From Eledone cirrhosa (lineage: Eukaryota): a stretch of DNA of 64,000 bases. The position numbers and the translations under genes are program-made. How positions within the stretch are numbered: position 1 is the first letter of the stretch; every line of letters starts with the position of its first letter. The stretch covers positions 103,416,001 to 103,480,000 of the forward strand of contig OZ024741.1 in NCBI GenBank assembly GCA_964016885.1, in the 5' to 3' direction. Below, piece by piece: positions 46,073-60,399 of this stretch. The notes below the pieces were generated by a model, which was not told where the DNA came from, ran no database searches, and worked only from the letters and a program-made list of their open reading frames with translations.

Positions 46073-47824
46073 ATGTTTATCGATATCGTTGATAACGATA
46101 TCGTCGAAAACGATATCGCCATATTGGAAGCGAACGCCACGCCGACCAAAAAAACAAGCGGGAAAGAGGGAACAACAGTTCAAACTGTTGAACAACCCCT
46201 CCTCTCCAATGAAAAAAAGAATTTCAATTCAAATGAAAAAATTAATTTTCAAGAAAAAAATAACACCACAAATAAGGAAACCAACAACATTACAACAACA
46301 AACAAAGACAAAATTTCTTTTGCCCAAACACTCAAGAGAGCCACGGAGTACAAAGCCATTGACATCACGAACGCCAAGGAAAATTTGCTAGAGGCTAGAA
46401 AATACGTATCTTTTGGGGTGGATGGTTCTTTTACGATCAACTCCCCAGAAGAAGTGCGTGAACAGATTTACAAGAATACCGTAAGCTTCAGAACCATAAC
46501 CAACGAAACGAGAAAGCCAGCGCAATTGACCGAAAGTCAAATCGAGCTGGTTCTGAAAGAAATTAAAAATGACATACTCTTTATTCAAAGAGGAAAGCTG
46601 TATGCCAGCATTATGGTCCGAATGAAGGACGAAATGCTGGCTCAGAAATATTCGGTGGCACCTATAGTGTCACCACAATACACCTTCTTCCCCACATATA
46701 AAGGAAGAAGAACACAAAGGATAAGAATGTGGAGCCCTACGCCAGAAATTAACATCTGGTCCGTCCTAACAGGATTTACCGACCTAGATAAGGACATACT
46801 AATTTCAGCAGGGGAGTCCACCAGTGGACTGTTCGGGGGGAAAAGTCTGGAGGTTCTCTTACAGATGACACCTGAGAGAATCTCCGGAATACCCGACCGA
46901 GTGCTACTGGATGGGCGAACCTACATAAATATCACAGTGGAAGGCAGGAGACCCTCATGTTACCACTGCGCTGGCAGAGGTCACCTGAGGACGGCCTGCC
47001 CTCTACTAACAACTAAAAAACCACTGCTACAAACACCACAACAACAACAAAAACAACCAGCACCACCATCACAAAAACAACAAAATACACTACCATCTCC
47101 ACCAGAACAACAAAAACCAACAACACCACCACCACCACAACAACAACAACATCAACAACAGCTCAAGAAAACAACCCAAAACACGGTCCCACCCAGCCCC
47201 ACCCCACAGAACACAAATACAAAAACAGTTCATACACAACCCGGAGATATACCCCTCCCCTCCAATACGGAAGAGGAGCTCATATCGTCGGAAGACGAGG
47301 GGGCTCCCTTCCAAAAAGTGAAAAGAAAAAAACGTACACACACCACAACAACAAAAATAACCCCACCTGACAACACAACACAGACAATAAAACGCAAACT
47401 CACTCAACAACAACAAGCAAAAACAAACACAACAACACAAAAACTCTACACATACATAAACAAAAACAATGAAAACCTAACTTTAAAAATAGAAACCAAC
47501 CCTTCGATACAAACCGAAGGGCCGAATTTCGTAACGGCAATGGGGCTCCCTAACCTGAAAATGGTGAAAATCCCACTTGACATTTTTAAAACTTTAAAAG
47601 ACATGTACCCTGAGGACGTGGGCCCACCCTGCACCAGGCCACTCAACCGCGTCCTCCTGAAAGGTTTTCCCCTCCCCTCCTCAAACACCCACACAACTCC
47701 AAAGATCCCAACCCCTCCACACACCAATACCCCCACACCACCACAAACCACCACCCCACCCATCAACCCCGCCACCAGCCCCATGGAAACTGAGCGACCC
47801 GAACCCCGGGACGCAGAGAGGTAA
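46073..47824 (+). CDS. ORF1p (unit 4)
   Basis: Same protein as unit 3. Confidence 0.93.
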   Translation: MFIDIVDNDIVENDIAILEANATPTKKTSGKEGTTVQTVEQPLLSNEKKNFNSNEKINFQEKNNTTNKETNNITTTNKDKISFAQTLKRATEYKAIDITNAKENLLEARKYVSFGVDGSFTINSPEEVREQIYKNTVSFRTITNETRKPAQLTESQIELVLKEIKNDILFIQRGKLYASIMVRMKDEMLAQKYSVAPIVSPQYTFFPTYKGRRTQRIRMWSPTPEINIWSVLTGFTDLDKDILISAGESTSGLFGGKSLEVLLQMTPERISGIPDRVLLDGRTYINITVEGRRPSCYHCAGRGHLRTACPLLTTKKPLLQTPQQQQKQPAPPSQKQQNTLPSPPEQQKPTTPPPPQQQQHQQQLKKTTQNTVPPSPTPQNTNTKTVHTQPGDIPLPSNTEEELISSEDEGAPFQKVKRKKRTHTTTTKITPPDNTTQTIKRKLTQQQQAKTNTTTQKLYTYINKNNENLTLKIETNPSIQTEGPNFVTAMGLPNLKMVKIPLDIFKTLKDMYPEDVGPPCTRPLNRVLLKGFPLPSSNTHTTPKIPTPPHTNTPTPPQTTTPPINPATSPMETERPEPRDAER

Positions 47825-47847
47825 GTGCCTCTTTCTTTGCCACCAAC

Positions 47848-50800
47848 ATGGCTGTCTTAAGAGTGGGTTGTCTAAATGCGCGTGGCCTGGGCTCACCTTG
47901 GAAGCAAGCTAAACTTCTAAGTGACCTCAGGTCACAATGTGTAAATGTGATGGTTATTTGCGAGGCCCGGATCAGCAGCATGCGACAGCTAACCCCCACC
48001 TTTGATGACTTTGAGATGCACGCATCTCTCTGTCAGCCCGGAGGTGGGGGTGGGGTTGTCGTTCTGCTGCAAAAACATCTGGGTCTCGCTACACAGACGG
48101 TACACTTGGACCCGGAGGGTCGACTCGTGGTTCTGGACCTTGGCAATGGCGAAGGCGAAGCTTTTAGGCTTGTCGCCGTATACGCCCCTTTTGGGGCAAT
48201 GCGGTCGGACTTCTTCCATCGTCTGGAGACTTTTCTAGGGACGTCCCGCTCCTTGCTTTTAGTGGGGGACTGGAATGGTATCCTAGATGCACGTTGGGAC
48301 TATGTAGGGGCATGTCCCGATAGAGGGGGGTGTAACAGCCTTAAGGGGTTAATCGGCCGATTCGACCTGGCCGATAGATACCGACTAGATTTTCCGACTG
48401 TACCAACCTGGACCTGGTCAAATAACAGTGGTCAATCTAGATCGTACCTAGATAGGTTCTTAGTTAGAATTAAGGATAGGGACTTTTTAAGTTGTCCAGA
48501 AATGCTCATGGTGGGCTATTCAGACCACAAGTTAGTGACCTGCGTAGTCCACCTTGATAGAACGCATAGGCAGGGGCCCGGTTACTGGAAGCTCAACTTG
48601 TCCTTACCGGCAAGTAGAGCTTACAGGGACCGGATTAGAACCTTAGTTAAGGAGCAGTTGACGGGCGCCATCGTCAACAACAGGTGGTGGGGCTCTCTAA
48701 AAAGAGAGATTAGAGTAGTTTCAATAGGAGTTAGTAAGGAGTTAGCCTCAGATAGAAATAGGAAGGAAAGGGAGTTGGTAGTTAATGTTGAAGAGGCAAT
48801 GAGAAGCGGCAACGTGGCCAGAGTGCAAGCGTCGAGAACGGTCTTGAACCAGTTCTTCGACGCGAAACACGAAGGCTGCGTTGTCCGAAGCAAAATACGT
48901 GCTCTGGGAAACGAGGGGACCAAAGCTGTTAGCTGGGCCCGCGTGACAGAAGCGAAAAGTGGGATTAAATCCACTATCCGGTCTTTGCGAGACCAGGATG
49001 GACGGCTGATCCTTGAACCTAAGCAAATGTGCGAGGCCTTTCAAAGGCACTTTGCCCAATTGTTCGGGAGGGGCGGGGAGCCGGTTGGAGATGTGGATTT
49101 CGGTCCATACCTCGACGGCCTGCCGCGTCTTTCGGACAGGGAGGCGAGGTCCTGCGACGGGCCGATCTCAGCTGCTGAAATAGGGGACGTGCTGAGCCTA
49201 TGCGGCAAACGCAAATCTCCAGGACTCGATGGTCTGCCCTACGAACTATATATTAATATGCCGGACTTGTTCCCCGATCTCCTCGAGGCGGTCTACTGCA
49301 ACTGGCAACAGAACGGGAGAATTCCCTGTTCTGTGACCAAGGGCGTAGTCTCGCTAGTGAGGAAGGACGAGAACAAGGGGGATGACATTAGTAATTTTAG
49401 GCCCATAACTCTGCTAAATGCAGAGTTAAAGATTTTGGCGAAGGTGTTAGCGAAGAGGTTGGCGCTTGTCGTGGGGGGCCTGGTGGGAGATGCGCAGACA
49501 TGCGCTATCCCGTCCAGGTCCATCCACGACAACCTCCACCTCATGCGATACATCATAGAGAGGGTTGGGAACGAACCCGGCTTTGGTGGGGCCCTGATAA
49601 ATTTAGATCAGTCTAAAGCGTTCGATAGGGTGGACCATGGTTACCTGGATGCGGTGCTAGCGGCGGCTGGGTTCGGACCCGTTTTCAGGGGCTGGATCAC
49701 TGCCATGCACAGCAGCCGCATCTGCTCTAGAGTCAAGGTGAACGGCTACCTTTCGGAGCCGTTCGAAATCACCCGCTCCATCCGACAGGGGTGCCCTCTC
49801 TCCTCCCTTCTGTATGTGTTGACTCTCGAGCCATTACTGCGGAAGTTGGAGTTGTTGCAGGGCATTCCTTTGGAACCGGGATTGCGCAAAGCGGTGTCGG
49901 CCTACGCCGATGACGTAACAGTAATGGTGTCGACCGCCTCGGAAATCGAGGCAATCGGCACCTTACTAGAGGAGTACGAAAGGTTGACAGGGGCTAAGTT
50001 GAACCGGGACAAGTCAGTCGCTTTGCAACTCGGCGAGTGGAGGGGCAAAGCGATGTCGTGCGACGGTATCGTCGGACGGTGGACGGAGGGCCCGGTGAAG
50101 TTGCTTGGGGTCTGGTTCGGACCGGACCTCCAGGTGGAGAAAAACTGGGGTGAGGTGACGAATAGGGTGTTTGCACTGACCCAGAAGTGGGCCGAGTGCA
50201 AACTATCCCTAAAAGGTCGGGCGGAGGTGGCGAACGCTTACATAGCGTCCGTCATCTATTACCGCTTGACTGTCGTGCCTTGCCCGGGTGAGATCCTCGC
50301 CAAAATGGAGCGCGCCCTCTTTTATTTCCTTTGGAAGAAGAGGTCTCCTCTGGTGAGGAGATCCATCTGCTGTCAACACCCTTTGAAAGGAGGGCTGGGG
50401 ATGCCGTGGCTAAAAATGCGTAAACACGCATTGAGGCTAAGGCACCTCCACGTATTCCTCACCGGTCAACCGGTGTGGGCCCCGTTTGTGAGGCGAGCCT
50501 TCCCGAGGCTCGTCTCGCTCACCGAGCTGCAGTCCTGGGTGAAGCAAAGACCGAGAAAACTGGGCGACTGGCACACCGAGTGTGCCCAGGCGCTCACGGC
50601 TCTCTGGCAGGCGGACCCCGCTATCGACGGAGACTCCACCTCGTCATTCTATAGAGGGCTGGTGGTTAGCGGGTGCGACGACGCCCTCGGAGAAGCCCTA
50701 GGCATGGAGGAGGACGAACTGGCCAGTCTATTCGGTAGGACTTTCGGCCCGGGACCTATGGACAACTTCCAGAAGTCCTTGGCCTGGCAGTGCTACCGAG

Positions 50801-51285
50801 GGGCTCTGCCCGTTCGGGATAAGCTCTACAGACACGGGCGCCCGGGTAGGGACCCCTCGAAAAAGATCTGTCCCAGATGCGTGCGCGACGAGGAAACCGT
50901 CGCGCACGCATTGGTGCACTGCCCGGGCGTTGCCGATCTGTGGGGCTATGTCGAACGACTGCTGTCACGGGTGGGACCAATTAGGTTGACCACCGAGTCC
51001 ATTGTAACGATCAAGCCGCCTCCCCCCTTCAAAAATGAAGGAGAGGCGGTCTTCCTCTGTGTAATAGCCATGGTAAAAGAGGCTATATGGTGGACGCGTC
51101 TGAAAGGGCTGAGGTCGGACACCTTTCTCTCCGGCCAACAACTGGTCCTTTTCTTCCGATACCATTTCGGAAGAAGGATCAGGATGGAGAGAGAGGTGCT
51201 CCACTCCAGCCAGTTTTATGAAAGGTGGGTGAAAGTTGCGAGAATGGCCCGTGTGAATGGGCCTTCTCTCTACCTCAGCCTGTAG
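47848..51285 (+). CDS. ORF2p APE-RT (unit 4)
   Basis: I>V and Q>R relative to unit 3. Confidence 0.97.
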   Translation: MAVLRVGCLNARGLGSPWKQAKLLSDLRSQCVNVMVICEARISSMRQLTPTFDDFEMHASLCQPGGGGGVVVLLQKHLGLATQTVHLDPEGRLVVLDLGNGEGEAFRLVAVYAPFGAMRSDFFHRLETFLGTSRSLLLVGDWNGILDARWDYVGACPDRGGCNSLKGLIGRFDLADRYRLDFPTVPTWTWSNNSGQSRSYLDRFLVRIKDRDFLSCPEMLMVGYSDHKLVTCVVHLDRTHRQGPGYWKLNLSLPASRAYRDRIRTLVKEQLTGAIVNNRWWGSLKREIRVVSIGVSKELASDRNRKERELVVNVEEAMRSGNVARVQASRTVLNQFFDAKHEGCVVRSKIRALGNEGTKAVSWARVTEAKSGIKSTIRSLRDQDGRLILEPKQMCEAFQRHFAQLFGRGGEPVGDVDFGPYLDGLPRLSDREARSCDGPISAAEIGDVLSLCGKRKSPGLDGLPYELYINMPDLFPDLLEAVYCNWQQNGRIPCSVTKGVVSLVRKDENKGDDISNFRPITLLNAELKILAKVLAKRLALVVGGLVGDAQTCAIPSRSIHDNLHLMRYIIERVGNEPGFGGALINLDQSKAFDRVDHGYLDAVLAAAGFGPVFRGWITAMHSSRICSRVKVNGYLSEPFEITRSIRQGCPLSSLLYVLTLEPLLRKLELLQGIPLEPGLRKAVSAYADDVTVMVSTASEIEAIGTLLEEYERLTGAKLNRDKSVALQLGEWRGKAMSCDGIVGRWTEGPVKLLGVWFGPDLQVEKNWGEVTNRVFALTQKWAECKLSLKGRAEVANAYIASVIYYRLTVVPCPGEILAKMERALFYFLWKKRSPLVRRSICCQHPLKGGLGMPWLKMRKHALRLRHLHVFLTGQPVWAPFVRRAFPRLVSLTELQSWVKQRPRKLGDWHTECAQALTALWQADPAIDGDSTSSFYRGLVVSGCDDALGEALGMEEDELASLFGRTFGPGPMDNFQKSLAWQCYRGALPVRDKLYRHGRPGRDPSKKICPRCVRDEETVAHALVHCPGVADLWGYVERLLSRVGPIRLTTESIVTIKPPPPFKNEGEAVFLCVIAMVKEAIWWTRLKGLRSDTFLSGQQLVLFFRYHFGRRIRMEREVLHSSQFYERWVKVARMARVNGPSLYLSL

Positions 51286-51509
51286 GTGGAACAGAAAGAA
51301 GGGAGCACCCTCTCTTTGTGCTCCCGTGGAGAAGGGTCGCACACTTTTTTTCGGGGGTGTGTGTGACCCCAAAACGATCCCTCCCTATTGAGGACCTTCT
51401 TGTTATTATTTTGTTTGTTATATTTTTCTTACTCGATTTTTATGTAAACTCCCCCCACCCATGTACATGTCCCTTTCTTTTGTGCCCTAGTGGCAAATAA
51501 ACAGAAATT

Positions 51510-51658
51510 AGTCTGTCAGTCTGTCAGTCTGTCAGTCTGTCAGTCTATCAGTCTGTCAGTCTATCAGTCTGTCAGTCTATCAGTCTGTCAGTCTATCAGT
51601 CTGTCAGTCTGTCAGTCTATCAGTCTGTCTGTCAGTCTATCAGTCTCTCTGTCAGTCT
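51510..51658. repeat. (TCAGTCTG/TCAGTCTA)n right flank of the array
   Basis: Direct reading. The same repeat forms spacers 34525-34557, 40171-40227 and 45841-45897. Confidence 0.96.
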
Positions 51659-52661
51659 TTTAGTATCCCCCATAAAACACCCGAAACAATAATCATTTGA
51701 AAAGGTCCGGCAAAGATGAAAACCTCAAACTCTACAGCTTCTTAGCTTCTTAAATCACGTGATTAACTGTTACTAGACAACCCAGACATCTAATGATATA
51801 GCAACAACCTTCACACCCTCACCATACCTCTTTCACTAACGACCTCCACACCCTCGCCATACCCCTTTACCAACGACCTAGAGTGAGAGGACTGGTAGAG
51901 ATAGGTATTGATAGATATAGAGAAAGGGATAGAGTGAGAAGAAATGAGAGAGAGTGTTGTATGGTAGATATAGTGAGGGGAATAGTTTGGTGGTAATTGA
52001 TATAGAGATGGGGGAAGAGTTCCGTGTAGTAGACATAGAGAGGGAGAATTTGGAGTGAATTGATATAGAGAGGGGGATTGGGTGAGATAAGTGTAGATAT
52101 TTATAGAGAGTGGGAGAGTGTATTAGTGTTAGAAATAGAAAGTGGGATAAGAAAGGCAGTGTCGTGGTAGATATAGAGAGGGGTAGAGTTTCGTTTAAGT
52201 AGATACAGAGAGGGGGACTAAAAGAGAGTTGTGTGTGATAGTCATAAAGAGGAGGGGAGATTTGTTGCACTCTCGGGTCCCAAGTAATACGAGGGGTGGC
52301 AATAATGGGGTGGGGTGAGGGGTTGTATAGTGTACGTTCGTAAATATGGGATTTCTTATAATGTTCTTCTTTTGTCATTTATAATGTTTTTTTTAATGTG
52401 GAATAAAATTATTAGATTCTCCAGCTGCTGTATCAATATGAATCACTTACAATAAAATTTCACCGGAGATAGATTTGCAAAATTGAATAAGCGGGCGGGG
52501 GCTGAGGGTGAAATAAAAACTTGGGAGGGGGCTGACAAATTAATAAGTGGGGGTAGGGATGATTATTCAAGACCTGAGAGTGCGTGAATTATTGACAGAC
52601 GTAAGAATGAAAACTCAAAACCGATGTAGAGTTTAAATTATTTATTTATTATGGCTAAGCC

Positions 52662-52753
52662 TTGTTACTCTGAAGTCTCACCTGCGTACTCACAGGATCA
52701 TCAGACAAGACTGGTGATCCTGTGAGTGCGCAGGTGAAATTTTAGAGTAACAA
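52662..52753. repeat. 92-bp hairpin formed by two inverted degenerate hammerhead motifs
   Basis: Minus: CTTGT CTGATGA TCCTGTGAGTACGCAGGT GAGAC TTCAGA GTA ACAAG. Plus: CTGGTGA TCCTGTGAGTGCGCAGGT GAAAT. Confidence 0.65.
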
Positions 52754-52760
52754 AATTCAC

Positions 52761-52798
<38 letters not shown>

Positions 52799-52862
52799 AC
52801 GAAAGAACCAGGTGGACCATAACGCACCAAAGTACTCAATACTTGGGGTAGTAGAGTGGGTA

Positions 52863-52979
52863 ATAGGAACCAGTAAGACCCCGACAGCTGAGCTCAAGTC
52901 GTTTCGACGGCTAATTCTGGACTAGTCCAGAATTAGCCGTCGAAACGACTTGAGCTGAGCTGTCGGGGTCTTACTGGTT

Positions 52980-52984
<5 letters not shown>
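52863..52984. repeat. 122-bp loop-less palindrome, one mismatch
   Basis: Centred on ACTAGT (52921-52926). Abuts (AT)n. Confidence 0.93.
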
Positions 52985-53036
<52 letters not shown>

Positions 53037-53329
53037 TGAATAATTTGGGTATAATACCAGTTCCTTACCAAATGCGATGGAGCTCGATATATTAACCCTT
53101 TAGGAACGGGCACAGAGCATATATTTTTTTAATTATATATATATATACAGTGGCTGTGGAACTGGGGGGATCCCCGCCCCTCCAATAATTATATTTTCTC
53201 CCCAAACTACCAAAACACACAACTATTTGGAAATACGGAACAATTTATGTACATGTTATGGTTATCGCATATCGAAGTTATTACTTTATTGTATTTTAAT
53301 TTATTTTTAGTATATTTTTTATTTAATTA

Positions 53330-53440
53330 TTTTACTTTATTTTATTTTATTTTATTTTATTTTATTTTATTTTATTTTATTTTATTTTATTTTATTTTAT
53401 TTTATTTTATTTTATTTTATTTTATTTTATTTTATTTTAC
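53330..53440. repeat. (TTTTA)n pentamer repeat
   Basis: Direct reading. Confidence 0.95.
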
Positions 53441-54075
53441 TTCATTTCATTTTATTATATTATCTCTATTATTATTTTTTATATTTATTTTGATATTTTT
53501 TATTACTTTAATATAATTTATATTATGTTTTAACATTTGCCTGTATTTCTTTATGTATTTTTTATATATTTTTTATGTATTTTTTATGTATTTCTTATGT
53601 ATTTTTTAATGTAATTTTATATATTTATTATGTACTTTTTAATGCTTTCACACTTTTTGATTTTACATTCTACATTTTTGAGTGCCATCTACTGTCTTCA
53701 TCTTGTTAAATCCAATTGTACGTTGGTATTTTGCAGTGATGCTTAGTAACCCCAGTATGAACCTCTTTGTTAGCTATCTCCAATCCCCATATTATTTTTT
53801 CTGATTGTTCGTGTGACTAAGTTATTGTGGAGCTTATACTCAACACGGTATTTGTTGAGCTCTGATGATTCCTGCCTAAAGGTGAGGATGAAACATTGTT
53901 AGTGAATAAAGACTGTTTGAGTATGTAAGCGTTCTTTGGTTTCTTTTGCATATAACGGCTCTGTCTTCGTACATTGAGCTAACACAATACTGCAATAATA
54001 CAGTACAGTGAGTAAGTGTTTATGCACATACGCTCCGCACTTTACGTAAATATATATATATATATATATATATAT

Positions 54076-54160
<85 letters not shown>

Positions 54161-54304
54161 GAGTATATGTTGGTTGTATACCAACACCTCAGTATGCAGG
54201 CTGGAGCACTCGACGAAGTGCGCAGGTTGGTTTGGTTACTCCGGAGTAATGTAAAATAAAGTAAAATAAATAAGTCAAATGTTTAAAATTTAGCTTCGTT
54301 TATT

Positions 54305-54359
54305 ACTGCGATATATATTTCGGTGACAGCCATCTTTGGCTGTGACCTCTTCAGGCAGT
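54305..54359 (-). ncRNA. Type I hammerhead ribozyme (minimal)
   Basis: ACTGC CTGAAGA GGTCACAGCCA AAGA TGGCTGTCACC GAAA TATAT ATC GCAGT AATAAA: intact core, all stems pair, followed by a poly(A) signal. Confidence 0.82.
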
Positions 54360-54480
54360 CCGAATTAGTGTGGTATAGACAAGTACATATGTTGTTGAGG
54401 TGTATAATTTTGTCAATACTCTGATATGCCCAGTTCCTGATTGGGTTGTTATTTCACTGAGGAACTGGAATCATATGATT

Positions 54481-57090
<2,610 letters not shown>

Positions 57091-57529
57091 ATATATACAT
57101 ATATATATATATATAGGGAGTGTAACTTGGAGTTACTGCATGTTCACCCGGGTGAGCACTCGATGTTTAGGTTCACTTCTGTGTCGAGGTGTAGAGCTAT
57201 ACAGAGTGTATTTGGGTAATTGCTGGCCTTGTGCCTAACGTAGAAACAATTATATTGAAAAGATAACAAGGACGATTGGTTATTCCTTCATTATATTTAT
57301 TGGTAGGTGACGCGCGTTTCGCCACTGATCAGCTCAAGGTTCGATCTGTATCGATCTTACCCGACTCTATAATATATATATATATATGCACCCTGTTCTA
57401 TTTGTTTTGCAAGATTCCTGATGTGAAGTCGTGTTTTGAAATAAGTATTGTTGTACTTGGATTGGGGTGGGTCATGCGACCAATTAAAATACTACTCATT
57501 AGATTGACCCACCTTGAAAAGATTTTGTC

Positions 57530-57755
57530 GTTCATATCTAGTCCAGTGCATATTTTTTCAAGCTTCAAGTTTGACCTTGACTCTTATTGATGTTCATGGC
57601 AAAGCATGGCCTCACTGGGAACTCCAGCCTCTTAAATGTAAAAGGCAACTCGCTATCACTTGGTATAAGTGGAATCCTCGGAATGAGAAGAATTTTACCT
57701 TTGTAAGCCCCGAATATAATGGTTGCTTCAATCAAGTTCTCATACAATATTGTTA
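57530..57755 (-). pseudogene. Helitron/PIF1 helicase fragment
   Basis: LIEATIIFGAYKGKILLIPRIPLIPSDSELPFTFKRLEFPVRPCFAMNINKSQGQT. Confidence 0.88.
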
Positions 57756-58123
57756 CAGCACATCTTGTTCCATTTATTGGCCAAAATTTTCACTATAGAG
57801 GGTTTAACCCCTATTAGGGTATCTTAATATTATTGAAATTTGCTAAAATTTTGTGAATAGACATTATATCTTGTCATTTGCCTATGGTTTAAATTTCATA
57901 TAAATCGAAGCGAAAAACTTTTCAGCGGGGGTTTGTGCCCCCGGGGAACCCTTTAATTAAAATGAAATATACTTATCCAAGTACCCTGGGCAATGTAGTT
58001 TCAGAATATATGTGGTTATGGGAGTCTATCTTCAAAACCATAAGAGGAGTTCGTGAACAAACAAACAAACAAAAAAACAAACAGACAGGAACTTTATATA
58101 TATCGATATATATACTCAATATA

Positions 58124-58189
<66 letters not shown>

Positions 58190-58536
58190 GGACAGATAGA
58201 TAGATATAAGGAAAGAAAAACAAGAAAAAGCCGTAAAGAAGAAAGGAAAACAAAAAAAAGCAAACACAAAACTACTTCTTACAAAAAACGACACTTATAT
58301 GCAGGTAGTTTGGGTAGACTCGTCCTTCATACCCCTAACATTCACCCTTACACTGATACACCCTTACCCTTACAAACACTCTTACACTCCAGCACCTTAC
58401 CCTCACCATTACACTCAATCTAACGTCCACCCTTACACCCACACTTACACTCACCCTTACACTCATACAGCCGTTCTTCAATTACAAATGCCCCGATAAC
58501 GCATATTCAAACATACCCGCTTCGGTCTGTTTTGCG

Positions 58537-58591
58537 AGTGTGGGTGCATGTGTGTGTGTGTGTGTGTGTGTGCGTGTGCGTGTGCGAGTGC

Positions 58592-58631
<40 letters not shown>

Positions 58632-58758
58632 GTGTGTGTGTATGTGTGTCTCACTCATACACCATACCACCCTGTGTCTATATGTGTCTATATGTGTGTA
58701 TATGTGCTTGTTTATGTGTGTGCGTGTGTGTGCATATGTGTGCGTGTATGTGTGTGTT

Positions 58759-58804
<46 letters not shown>

Positions 58805-59330
58805 ACTCATACACCATACCACCTTGTGTCTATATGTGTGTATCTGTGCTTGTTTATGTGTGAAGTTGTATGTGTTTAAGGTGTGTGTGTGTGTGTGCGT
58901 GTGTGTGCTTACGTGTGGGTTTGTTTGTGTCTGTATCTCTGCCTGGAATATGTGTGTGTGTTTATGTATATGCGCATATATGTGTATGAGTGTGTACGTG
59001 TGACATTTTTGTGTATTTCAGTATGCATGTATGTGTGTTTTGTGTGTGTGCGTGTGCATGTGTGTGTATGTAGGCGTGTGAAAGCGTGTGTATTTGTGTG
59101 TGTGTGTATGTATGCACGTATGTGTGTACGTATGGATATGTGTGTATGCATGTATGCATATATGTGTGTATGTATGTACGTACATATGTATGAATGTATG
59201 TATATATATATATACGAATGTATCTATGTAAGTATGCATGCATGTGTATGTATATATGTATGCATGTGTATGCATGTATGTATACATGCATGTATGTATG
59301 TAAGTATTTATGTATGTATGTGTGTAAGCG
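58537..59330. repeat. (TG)n/(TATG)n low-complexity tract
   Basis: Direct reading. Confidence 0.92.
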
Positions 59331-60399
59331 TGTTGTCCCCAAAGTGATAGCTACTAATTGAGTACCTTGTAACCTGCGTTTCTATCACGTGACCTAATTC
59401 TCTCATCACAGCCGACTGGCTCAGAATGGAGGGCTGCCTCGGAGAGATGGATGGATGGCCAGGCTGATTTTTATGGTGGTTGTGGTGGTGGCTTGTGGGT
59501 GGTATGTATTGTATATGGATATGTGATGGTGATGGTGATGGTGGTGGCAAGGGGTATGTTTTCCCTCGTATATATCAATGAATATAACGTTTTGGTTGTT
59601 GTTTGTGTTTGTCATATCAACCTTTGTGAATCTATGGCTTGAAAAACAGGGCAGGACATAAAGGTAAATCTCTGCAACACCCCACATTCACCTGGATTTA
59701 CTTCTCTGTGTCTTTGGGTTCTTATCCTATCCGTAGTGGGAGAAACTTTTGAAACCAAGAAATAAATTAAGAGAGAAACAAAGAGTGAACTAATATCTAA
59801 AACAAAATTATAAAAACTCATTAATTAACAACACAATCATCTCATGTCTTTTATAAAACACCAGTTAATGTTGTATCGTAGTTCAAGTGGACAGAATTCA
59901 CATATGTTAGCTCAGAGGCTAGCGAGGGAGATGTACTGAAAGAACCACTCCAACCTTACAATCTCGTGTCTTTGCAAAGCATCAGAATTGTGAATACATT
60001 GCACAGAGGATAACGAGGGAGATACGCTGAAAATCTAGTCAAACTCTCGGGGCTCGTTCTTATGGATGGCCACCTCTGTCTCGATCGAAGTAAGTAGGAA
60101 AGTGATTCAGGTACCCAGGACGCCAGTTGCTTCCACTGCTATGGTTTCAGCATTAAAACTATCGGAGAGAGACCGGTGCAATGTGTAGATAAATATTTTG
60201 TGGGATTCTTTTTAAATGATTCTTCCACTGTGTGATTGCTTCTGGAGAAACGTTTGTAGGGTTCTCACTGCTAACCTATTTCAGTCATATTGCATTATGG
60301 TTGTATCCTTTACACACACCATTTTAACCCCAGTAGGTAGCAGAACTTCCTGATGTAGTAGAACTTCCAAATGTTATGCTGTGGTCTTTCAGGCAAGCT

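Larger units (their letters stand above)
45898..51509 (+). mobile_element. Array unit 4, intact (5612 bp)
   Basis: Offset 5670 from unit 3. One T fewer in the 3' UTR. Confidence 0.97.

Noticed and set aside
28549-51658. Telomeric retrotransposon array (HeT-A/TART or SART/TRAS-like)
   Set aside because: The repeat is not TTAGGG or TTAGG, and ordinary interspersed sequence continues on both sides.
58320-58470. CACCCTTA telomere-like repeats
   Set aside because: Short, degenerate low-complexity tract, not a TTAGGG array.
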